A stretch of DNA of 64,000 bases from an uncultured Verrucomicrobiae bacterium (lineage in GTDB: Bacteria; Verrucomicrobiota; Verrucomicrobiia; Chthoniobacterales; Chthoniobacteraceae): NCBI GenBank assembly GCA_963836755.1, contig CAWIKF010000002.1, forward strand, positions 224,001-288,000, given 5' to 3'. The notes under the pieces are model-generated. The model saw nothing but the letters and a program-made list of their open reading frames with translations. It was not told the origin of the DNA and did not search any database. The translations under genes and the position numbers were made by a program. Positions 18,299 through 26,444 of the stretch are shown here, in pieces (the stretch's first letter is position 1; every line of letters begins with the position of its first letter).

Positions 18299-19469
18299 GG
18301 CGGATCGTTTCAGTAGCGACGCTGCGGTAGATCGCAAACAGACGATCAAAGACCTGCGTCCACGAATATTGCCTCATGACACGGCGGCTAGCAATGGCGC
18401 CGGCCTTTTTCACATCCTCCGCAGCCGCATCCCGGATCGCCTGCGCCAGCGCCTCCGGGCTGTTTTCCCGAGCCCAGACGGTCTGGTCGCTCTGGATGAT
18501 GCGGTCCATGTAGCTGCCGCGAATGCCAATGACGGGCGTGCCGCACGCCTGGCTTTCGAGCGCGACCAGCCCAAAAGTTTCCTGCACGCCGGGATGCACG
18601 AAAAGCTCCGCTGCGCGGTAAAACTGCGCGAGTTTTTGCGAATCGCCGCAATACGGCAGCCACGTCACAGCGTTCGTGCTTGTTAAAATATTCCGCAACA
18701 GTTCGCGCTGCTGTCCATCGCCGACCGCCAGCAGTTGGAAATGCCCCGGCTGCGCGCGCACGAGCATCTCGAAGGCCTCGAAAAGTGTGCGCGTATTTTT
18801 TTCACTCGCGAGCCGGCCGACATAAAGCAGCAGCACGCGGCCCGGCGGGATCCCGAGCTCCGCGCGCGTGCTCACGGAATCATCCGGCGTCGGGCGGAAA
18901 ATTTCCGTGTTCACGCCGAGGTCGATGTTGATGACGTTCATCAAGCCCCAATCCTCCAGCAGCGCGCCGAGCGCGGGCGACGGCACCAGCGTGCGCGCGA
19001 AGCGGTTGTAAAGGTTGCGCACATAGCGCCGCGCGCCGTCCATCACAAACTCCGTGGCCGTTTTCCCGAAGAATCGCGCGACGCTTCGCAAATATGCCTC
19101 CGGAAAATGCGAATGGTAAAATCCGATCACGGGAATTCGCAGCGCCGCTCCGGACGCAATCGCCTTCCACGCCATTTGATACGGATCGCCCGATTCAATC
19201 ACGTGCGGCCGTTCAATTTCGAGGATGCGCTCTACTGCGCCGAGCCGCAGCAATGCGCGATAGCGCGACGTGCGCGAGACCAGCGGCGAGCGGATCGTGT
19301 AAGTTTTCGCGCGACCCTCGACCGCGACCGCGTCACGCTCGCCGGGAATAATCAGCAGATGCTCGTCGTCCGGCGCGTGAGCCTGCAGGTAGCTGATTTT
19401 TTCGTGAACGTAGCGTTTCACACCGCCGCTCACTGGCGAATAAAACTGCGTGAGGTCGCAAATTTTCAC
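18291..19469 (-). CDS. GT4 (group 1) glycosyltransferase
   Basis: 'YVGRLASEKN', 'ETFGLVALE' (Ex7E); GTG start. Confidence 0.9.
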   Translation of the reverse strand: MKICDLTQFYSPVSGGVKRYVHEKISYLQAHAPDDEHLLIIPGERDAVAVEGRAKTYTIRSPLVSRTSRYRALLRLGAVERILEIERPHVIESGDPYQMAWKAIASGAALRIPVIGFYHSHFPEAYLRSVARFFGKTATEFVMDGARRYVRNLYNRFARTLVPSPALGALLEDWGLMNVINIDLGVNTEIFRPTPDDSVSTRAELGIPPGRVLLLYVGRLASEKNTRTLFEAFEMLVRAQPGHFQLLAVGDGQQRELLRNILTSTNAVTWLPYCGDSQKLAQFYRAAELFVHPGVQETFGLVALESQACGTPVIGIRGSYMDRIIQSDQTVWARENSPEALAQAIRDAAAEDVKKAGAIASRRVMRQYSWTQVFDRLFAIYRSVATETIRHV

Positions 19470-19475
19470 GCGTCT

Positions 19476-20399
19476 TCACGACTCGAGATGCGCGAGATAT
19501 TTTTCGGCATCGAGCGCCGCCGCGCATCCCTGGCCAGCGGCGGTGATCGCTTGCCGATACCGGTGATCCGCCACGTCGCCCGCAGCAAAAACGCCCGGCA
19601 CATTCGTGCAGGTGCCTTTTGTTTGCAGCAGATAACCGTTTTCGTCCGTCGCGAGATGCGCGCGAAACGGAGACGTGTTCGGGCTGTGGCCGATCGCGAC
19701 GAAAACGCATTTCACCTCCAGCTCCGCTTCCTCACCAGTCTGCACATTGCGCGTTTGCACCGCGCGCATTTCGCCGTGTTCATCCGTCAAATATTCGCTG
19801 ACGGTTGTATGCCAGATCGGTTGCACCTTCGGATTCGCGAGCGCGCGATCCGCCATGATTTTTGACGCGCGCAGCGAATCGCGGCGATGGATGAGGTAAA
19901 CTTTTGAGGCAAAGCGCGTCAAAAACGTCGCTTCCTCCGCGGCCGAGTCGCCGCCGCCGATGACGCAGACCGGCACGTTCCGGTAAAATGCGCCGTCGCA
20001 CGTCGCACACGATGTCAGTCCGTGGCCGATCATCTTTTTCTCGCCCGGAATTTCGAGCCAACGCGCCGACGCTCCGCTCGCGATGATGAGCGTGCGCGTG
20101 TCAACCCATGTGTCGTCCACTTTTAAGCTGACGAAGCCATCTTTCGGCTCGAAATCCGTGACCGTCGAATATGCAAAACGCGCGCCGAAACGCTCCGCCT
20201 GCGACTTCATGTTCATGATCAACTGCGGGCCATCGATGCCGTCGACAAAACCCGGAAAATTCTCCACGAGCGTCGTCGTCGAGAGCTGGCCGCCTGGTTC
20301 TTTTCCCTCGAGCACGAGCGGCGAAAAGTTCCCGCGCGCGGCGTAGATTGCCGCAGTCAGGCCCGCGCAGCCGGTGCCGACGATGATCATTTTTTCCAT
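19476..20399 (-). CDS. trxB: Thioredoxin reductase
   Basis: CATCDG, GGGDSA, 'GVFAAGDV', 'YRQAITAAG'. Confidence 0.96.
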   Translation of the reverse strand: MEKMIIVGTGCAGLTAAIYAARGNFSPLVLEGKEPGGQLSTTTLVENFPGFVDGIDGPQLIMNMKSQAERFGARFAYSTVTDFEPKDGFVSLKVDDTWVDTRTLIIASGASARWLEIPGEKKMIGHGLTSCATCDGAFYRNVPVCVIGGGDSAAEEATFLTRFASKVYLIHRRDSLRASKIMADRALANPKVQPIWHTTVSEYLTDEHGEMRAVQTRNVQTGEEAELEVKCVFVAIGHSPNTSPFRAHLATDENGYLLQTKGTCTNVPGVFAAGDVADHRYRQAITAAGQGCAAALDAEKYLAHLES

Positions 20400-20576
20400 A
20401 GGGAAGTGCGAGTAAACAGCAATGCGTGCGAACTGAAAATCAAGAATTCGCGAGCGTGCCGGGCGCGTTTTTCCAAAGTCACGGCGATTGCAAAACTGTA
20501 ATCCGAATCGCTCTTGTCTTCAGCGCGGAATGTGAAAAGGTGCGCGCATGAAGCGAGTCGGTCTCGTATCTTGACC

Positions 20577-21689
20577 ATGGCTGAATCACGCTATCGTCCG
20601 CAGCTCGATTCGCTTCGCGCGCTGGCCGTGGCGATCGTGATGATTCATCATTATCGCGATCATCCGTTCTTTCTCTCGGGCTTCGGCGTCACACTATTTT
20701 TCGTCCTGAGCGGCTTTTTTGCGACGCGTTTGCTGCTGCGCTTGAAAACGCAAATCGCCTCGCGCGAAACCACGTCCAGTGCGGCGCTAGCGGAATTTTA
20801 CGTCGGCCGCTATCTGCGGATTTTCCCGCTCTACTATCTGGTGCTACTCGTCACCGCGATCTGCAATCTCCCGTATGCGCGCTCGATGTTGCCGTGGAAT
20901 GGCCTGTTCCTGTCAAACTTCGCGACGTGGTGGACGGGCGAATGGCCCGGCCGCTTCTCCCACTTTTGGTCGCTCGCGACGCTGGAGCAATATTACATTT
21001 TCTGGCCGTTGCTCATCCTCGCGTGCCCGCGCAAACGGATGCTGCATTTGATCTTTGCCTTCATCGCGGTCGGCCCGATTTTCCGGATCGTTTGTTTGCT
21101 TTTTGACTTTGATCCCATCACTTGGTGCGTCTCACCATTCGCCTCGTTTGATCAACTCGGATGCGGCGCTTTGCTCGCGTTTTGCCAGGCGGAAAAAATT
21201 GCATCGCCGCTGCTTCGCCAGCGCGTCCTCTTCGTGGGCGGATGGATTTGCGGCCCGCTTTTTTTCGCACTCGTCGCGGGAAAAGCCTTCGATATCGACG
21301 TGCCCGGCTCGACGATTTACATCACGCTTTTCGCCTCATTCTTTTTCATCTGGCTCATCGAGCGCAGCTTCATCGGCTTCACCGGGATCGTCGGAAAGGT
21401 GCTCGACTCTCCGGCGCTCGCGCGCATCGGCACCATGAGCTACTCCATTTATCTGCTCCACACTTTCTCGCAATTTCTCCTGCCGCGCCCGCCCGTCGTC
21501 CGCCACATCCTCGCGTCCGATTGGCGCATGCTCGTGCTCATTCCGGGCACCCTCTTTTTCGCCTATCTCTCGTGGAGATTTTTAGAAACTCCGCTGCGCT
21601 ATTTCCGCAAGGCGCTGCTCGTTCAAATCTCCGAATCCATGAATGCGCGCGCGCGCACCGCTGCGCTGGCGCAAGAGGAAGCAGCCTAG
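20577..21689 (+). CDS. Acyltransferase family 3 (OafA-like)
   Basis: 'LDSLRALA', 'FFVLSGF', 'RYLRIFP', 'HFWSL..LEQYY', 'SYSIYLLH'. Confidence 0.9.
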   Translation: MAESRYRPQLDSLRALAVAIVMIHHYRDHPFFLSGFGVTLFFVLSGFFATRLLLRLKTQIASRETTSSAALAEFYVGRYLRIFPLYYLVLLVTAICNLPYARSMLPWNGLFLSNFATWWTGEWPGRFSHFWSLATLEQYYIFWPLLILACPRKRMLHLIFAFIAVGPIFRIVCLLFDFDPITWCVSPFASFDQLGCGALLAFCQAEKIASPLLRQRVLFVGGWICGPLFFALVAGKAFDIDVPGSTIYITLFASFFFIWLIERSFIGFTGIVGKVLDSPALARIGTMSYSIYLLHTFSQFLLPRPPVVRHILASDWRMLVLIPGTLFFAYLSWRFLETPLRYFRKALLVQISESMNARARTAALAQEEAA

Positions 21690-21961
21690 TTTTCCACCGC
21701 TCCCGCGCGAAAAAATACGGCGACATTGCCGACGAGCATGATCAGCTCGCTCGCGGTTTTTTCAGCGATCTCGCGCGACAGTTCCTTCCGCTGATCCTTG
21801 AAATCAGCGAACTTGATTTTCACCAAACTTTTCTGCGCCAAAGCTGTTTCGAGACTCTGCAAAAATCCGGCGCTCACCCCATTTTTGCCGAGCTTTAGGA
21901 TTGGCTCGAGCCGCTGCGCATCCGCTTTCAAGCGGCGTTTTTCGGAGTTGTTCAACTGCAT
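21686..21961 (-). CDS. yhbY: YhbY/CRM-domain RNA-binding protein
   Basis: 'LEPILKLGKNG', 'LVKIKF', 'VGNVAVFFR'. Confidence 0.85.
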   Translation of the reverse strand: MQLNNSEKRRLKADAQRLEPILKLGKNGVSAGFLQSLETALAQKSLVKIKFADFKDQRKELSREIAEKTASELIMLVGNVAVFFRAGAVEN

Positions 21962-22045
21962 TTAATCCATCGTAAAACCGACGCCCCATCCCGCCAGAAA
22001 AAACGCCGCGCTTGTCTTCACTCGGCCTTTCCGAAAAATGGAAAA

Positions 22046-22639
22046 ATGTTTACCGGCCTCGTCGCAGAAACGGCGCAAGTCATTTCCCTCGAGAATCGCG
22101 GCCACGGCCAGAGCGAATTGACCCTGCGCGCGCCCGGCTTCAGCGCTGCCGCGAAAGTCGGCGACAGCATCGCCGTCAACGGCTGCTGCCTCACGCTGAT
22201 GGCCGCCGAAAATGATCTGCTTTGCTTCGATCTCCTGGACGAAACTTTGCGCCTCACGAACCTCGCGCACGCGCAACTCGTGAACCTCGAACCTGCACTC
22301 GCAGCTAGCGGCCGCTTCGGCGGTCATCTCGTGCAGGGACACATCGATTGCACCGCCGCAATCTGTGCCCTGGACGAAATCGGCGCAGACCATCGGCTGG
22401 AGATCGAGCTGCCATCAGCATTCGCGAGGTATATCGTCAAAAAAGGTTCCATCGCAATCGATGGAATCAGCCTCACCGTCGCGGAAGTTCATGCCCAAAA
22501 ATTTGTCGTCTGGATCATTCCGCACACATTCGCGGAAACCAATTTGCGCGCCGCGCGCACCGGCGATTTGGTCAACCTCGAGTTCGATTTGCTTGCAAAA
22601 TATGTCGAGCGCTTGCTGGCGTTTCCGAGGCAGCCATAG
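22046..22639 (+). CDS. ribE: Riboflavin synthase alpha chain
   Basis: MFTG N-terminus, 'GDSIAVNGCCLT', 'GGHLVQGHID', 'VNLEFD'. Confidence 0.95.
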   Translation: MFTGLVAETAQVISLENRGHGQSELTLRAPGFSAAAKVGDSIAVNGCCLTLMAAENDLLCFDLLDETLRLTNLAHAQLVNLEPALAASGRFGGHLVQGHIDCTAAICALDEIGADHRLEIELPSAFARYIVKKGSIAIDGISLTVAEVHAQKFVVWIIPHTFAETNLRAARTGDLVNLEFDLLAKYVERLLAFPRQP

Positions 22640-22645
22640 TCAAAG

Positions 22646-23200
22646 TCAGCGCAACTTTTCGAGACGAAATTTTTCGTGGTAACGTCCGCCGCTATGCGCG
22701 CGGCAACAATGGATGCACGCCACTCGTCGGCGGAACGGCCGCACGCGCCGGATCTCCGTGCGGCAATGCTGGCAGCGGTAAAAATGTTTCGGCGTGTGCC
22801 GCGCGCGCGGCAGCGGCAGATCGTGGCAGCGCCTTTCGTTTTTCAATCCGAGCGCCTCGCAAGCCGCACGCCACTCGGCGCCGTGCGGCGAAATGCGACG
22901 GCGACCTGCGAGAAATTTTGCAGCCAGATGCGCAAGCTCGTGTCGCAAAGTTTTGTCAATTTCCGCATCGCCAAATTGCGCGAGTTTTGGATTCAGCGTC
23001 ACCAGATTTTTCGCGTAATGCGCAAGGCCGGCAGTGGTGCGCAGGCGCGGGTTCCATCGCACGCGAACACTGACGGCGAGAGGCTTGCAGCCGATTTCGC
23101 AAAGCAGCATGCGGGCTTTTTGTTCCAGCTCGGTGGAATCTTCGACCAGCGGTTTTTCTTCCGGTGCGAGCCATTGGAAAAAAGTTTGAAGAGCTTTCAC
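22646..23200 (-). CDS. SprT-like zinc metalloprotease
   Basis: 'RLRTTAG', HELAH, 'HGAEW', C-terminal CxxC pairs. Confidence 0.9.
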   Translation of the reverse strand: MKALQTFFQWLAPEEKPLVEDSTELEQKARMLLCEIGCKPLAVSVRVRWNPRLRTTAGLAHYAKNLVTLNPKLAQFGDAEIDKTLRHELAHLAAKFLAGRRRISPHGAEWRAACEALGLKNERRCHDLPLPRARHTPKHFYRCQHCRTEIRRVRPFRRRVACIHCCRAHSGGRYHEKFRLEKLR

Positions 23201-24342
23201 GCCAGATCCGGTTGCAATCGCAAAAAAATCCGCGGCAGTGCGGCAAGAACGCTTTCGATTTCCGCGCGCGTCGTCTGTTTGCCGAGCGAAAAACGGACCG
23301 TGGATCCGGCAAGGCCAGGTGCAACGCCCATCGCGAGCAGCACGTGCGAGGGGACGATCGATCCGACCATGCAGGCGGAGCCGCTGGAAACGCAGATTCC
23401 CTCGAGATCAAAGTTGATGAGCAGACTTTCGCCGTCGAGCCCGGGAAACGAGACGTTGAGCGTGTTCGCGAGCCGCTCGGTTGGATGGCCGTTGAGAATT
23501 GCCGCGGGAAAAAGTTTCGCGATTCCGCGCCACAATTCATCCCGAAGATCGGCCTGACGACTTTGTTCCGCAGCAATATCGCGCGCTGCTGATTCCGCCG
23601 CGCACGCCATGCCGACGATACTCGCGACATTTTCGGTTCCGGGCCGGCGCTGATTTTCGTGTGCGCCGCCGAACTGGATATTTTCGAGCGCGATTCCGGC
23701 GCCAAGCAGCAGCACACCGGTGCCTTTCGGACCGTAAAATTTATGCGACGCGAGAGAGATCGCATCGACGCCGCAGGTCTGGAAATCGAGGGGCCTTTTC
23801 CCGAACGACTGCACCATGTCGCTGTGCAACAAAATACCGCGTTCGTGACACAAGCGACTGATTTCCGAAAGCGGCTGGATCGTTCCTGTCTCGTTGTTCG
23901 CGGACATGATGGAGACGAGCGTTGTATCCGCTGCCAGCGCGTTTCTGAAAGCTTCCAATTTGATCTGCCCGTTCGGATCCACCGGCAGAAAAGTGACGCG
24001 GAAGCCTTCGCTTTTCTGCAAAAATTCGAAGGCGTTTAATACGGCGTGATGCTCGGTGCTGGCGGTGATGAGGTGCCTGCCTTTGCCCGCCGACGCCCGC
24101 GCCAGGCCGATCGCCGCGAGATTGTCTGCTTCCGTTCCACCGCTGGTGAAGATGATTTCATGCGGCTTTGCATTTAAAATTTTCGCCAGCCGATCCCGCG
24201 CATCATCGATTGCCGCGCGCGTTTCGCGGCCGGCCGCGTGGATGCTCGATGGATTGCCAAAATGCTGCGTGAGATACGGCAGCATCGCTTCCGTCACCTC
24301 GGGCGCGATCGGCGTGGTCGCGTTGTAGTCGAGATAAATCAT
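23197..24342 (-). CDS. iscS: Cysteine desulfurase (IscS/NifS)
   Basis: 'IYLDYNATTP', 'SHKFYGPKG', 'SSGSAC'. Confidence 0.93.
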   Translation of the reverse strand: MIYLDYNATTPIAPEVTEAMLPYLTQHFGNPSSIHAAGRETRAAIDDARDRLAKILNAKPHEIIFTSGGTEADNLAAIGLARASAGKGRHLITASTEHHAVLNAFEFLQKSEGFRVTFLPVDPNGQIKLEAFRNALAADTTLVSIMSANNETGTIQPLSEISRLCHERGILLHSDMVQSFGKRPLDFQTCGVDAISLASHKFYGPKGTGVLLLGAGIALENIQFGGAHENQRRPGTENVASIVGMACAAESAARDIAAEQSRQADLRDELWRGIAKLFPAAILNGHPTERLANTLNVSFPGLDGESLLINFDLEGICVSSGSACMVGSIVPSHVLLAMGVAPGLAGSTVRFSLGKQTTRAEIESVLAALPRIFLRLQPDLA

Positions 24343-24363
24343 GTCGCCGCCGCGCCAGCGCAT

Positions 24364-25272
24364 TCAGATCATCCAATCATCGACCGGCTCGTCGCGGCGC
24401 TTTTCCTTGTCCAAAATGCGGAGCTGTTTTTCCTCGTAAAAAACAAGCGAGTTCGGCGGGACGCTGTGTGTGAGAAAAACGTTTGCGCCGATGGTGCTCC
24501 CTGCGCCGATGACCGTGTCGCCGCCGATGACCGTCGTGCCTGCGTAGATCGTGACGTTATCCTCGACCGTCGGATGCCGCTTTTGTCCCTTGAGTTTTTG
24601 GCCACCTGACAACGAACGCGCAACAAGTGACACACCTTGATAGAGCTTCACGTTTTCGCCGATGATGGAGCTTTCGCCGACGACGACGCCGGTGCCGTGG
24701 TCGATGAAAAAATGCCCGTTTATGTGCGCGCCGGGATGGATGTCGATTCCGGTGCGGCTGTGCGCCCACTCGGTCATCATGCGCGGGATGAGCGGGATCT
24801 CGTGGCAGTAAAGCATGTGCGCGCTGCGCTGGATCGCGATGGCTTCCAAAAACGGATACGCGAGAATGATCTCGTCGTAGTTGCTCGCGGCCGGATCGCC
24901 TGCGAACGCTGCCTCGACATCGGTGCGGAGCAGCTCTCGCACATGCGGCAGACTCGAGAGGAATTCGCCGACGAAGTGCTCGGCTTTTTCCTCCGGGCAC
25001 GTCGGCTCGGCGAGGCGCAGGCTCTTGCAAATCTCGGCCTTCAAATGTTCGCAGACGCTGCGGATGCGATAGCTCGTGAGCCTGACGAGATGGTCGGAAT
25101 GGATCGGCTCCTGGTCGTGATATCCTGGAAAAAGAAGCTGGAGCAAATGCGCGCAAATGTCCGCCACAGCAGGCTTCGAGGGCAGATTGGAGCCATCGAT
25201 ATTGTTGATGCCGCCCGTGTTTTTATACGAGTCGAGAATTTGCTGGGTGAGTTTGCCGAGGCCTCGCTCCAT
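24364..25272 (-). CDS. cysE: Serine O-acetyltransferase (long EpsC-like type)
   Basis: 'GDPAA', 'TGIDIHPGA', 'FFIDHGTGVV', 'KRHPT'. Confidence 0.92.
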   Translation of the reverse strand: MERGLGKLTQQILDSYKNTGGINNIDGSNLPSKPAVADICAHLLQLLFPGYHDQEPIHSDHLVRLTSYRIRSVCEHLKAEICKSLRLAEPTCPEEKAEHFVGEFLSSLPHVRELLRTDVEAAFAGDPAASNYDEIILAYPFLEAIAIQRSAHMLYCHEIPLIPRMMTEWAHSRTGIDIHPGAHINGHFFIDHGTGVVVGESSIIGENVKLYQGVSLVARSLSGGQKLKGQKRHPTVEDNVTIYAGTTVIGGDTVIGAGSTIGANVFLTHSVPPNSLVFYEEKQLRILDKEKRRDEPVDDWMI

Positions 25273-25312
25273 GCGCGCAATTTCGACGGATGGCAGCTTT
25301 GTGTCGAGGCGG

Positions 25313-26395
25313 TTAGTGCGCGCCGTCGGAAATTTCGCACAAATAAACATCGCATTTGTGCCCGGTGCGCTCGCGATATTTGCGAATGATTCCGCCGCTG
25401 ATGCAATCGGCGCGCTCGTGCTCGATCAATGAAACAGTCGCGCCGCCGAAGCCGCCGCCAGTCAAGCGGGAGCCGAGCACGCCCTCCTCGCCGCAGGCGA
25501 TCTCCACGAGCGCGTCGAGCTCCGGAGTGCTGTTTTCAAAGTTCCGCCGCGAGCTTTCATGCGACGCAAACATCAACTCGCCGAATGCCTCTGCATCGCC
25601 GGCGCGCAAAAAATCGAGCCCGCGCAAAACGCGTTCATTTTCGCCGACGATGTGCAGCGCGCGGGCGTAATCGAGCGGCGGCAAGTCCGATTTCGCGCGC
25701 TCGAGTTGCGCGCTGCTCACATCGCGCAACGCTGCTGCGCCAAGCCTCGCCGCGGCGTCGAAACATTGTGCGCGGAGCGCATTGTATTCGCCGCCCACGA
25801 GCGTGTGCTTCACGCCGGAGTGCGTGATGAGCAGCGAAAAACCGCTCGGAAACGGGACGGTCTCGACCGCTTCTGTGCGGCAATCGAGAAAAATGACGTG
25901 ACCTTTTTTCCCGAGCGCGGATGAAGCTTGATCGAGCAGCCCGCAATTCACGCCGACAAATTCGTTCTCGGCTTTGCGGCAAAGTTTCGCAATCGCCAGC
26001 GGCTCGATTTCAAAATTAAAAAGTTTTTTGAGAAAGGTCGCCGTCGCGACTTCGAGCGCCGCCGAGCTGGAAAGGCCGGCGCCGAGAGGAAGATCGCTTG
26101 TGATTTCCGCCGAGAATCCACCGACTTCAAAACCTGCGTGCTGCAGCCCATCGACGACGCCTAGAATGTAATCGGCCCATCGTTCCACAGGCTGGCGCGC
26201 GAGTCCGTCGAGATTTACCACGCAGGTGCGATTGAGCGTCGCCGAGTGCAGCGCGATTTTTTTTTCTACGAGCCGCTCGCCAGTGATCGTCACGCCAAAG
26301 TTGATCGCAGCGGAAAGGATGAAACCTTCGTTGTAATCGGTGTGATTTCCGAGGAGCTCGACGCGGCCGGGGGCGTGCGCGCTGAGCTTTTGCAT
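25313..26395 (-). CDS. galK: Galactokinase
   Basis: 'PGRVELLGNHTDYNEG', 'GAGLSSSAA', 'GSRLTGGGFGG'. Confidence 0.95.
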   Translation of the reverse strand: MQKLSAHAPGRVELLGNHTDYNEGFILSAAINFGVTITGERLVEKKIALHSATLNRTCVVNLDGLARQPVERWADYILGVVDGLQHAGFEVGGFSAEITSDLPLGAGLSSSAALEVATATFLKKLFNFEIEPLAIAKLCRKAENEFVGVNCGLLDQASSALGKKGHVIFLDCRTEAVETVPFPSGFSLLITHSGVKHTLVGGEYNALRAQCFDAAARLGAAALRDVSSAQLERAKSDLPPLDYARALHIVGENERVLRGLDFLRAGDAEAFGELMFASHESSRRNFENSTPELDALVEIACGEEGVLGSRLTGGGFGGATVSLIEHERADCISGGIIRKYRERTGHKCDVYLCEISDGAH

Positions 26396-26444
26396 CGCTG
26401 CTGAGTAGCCAATCCGCGCCGGAGCGGCAATGCCCGAATGCCGT

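Noticed and set aside
21962..22045. FMN riboswitch before riboflavin synthase
   Set aside because: The spacer is only 84 nt and lacks RFN conserved blocks
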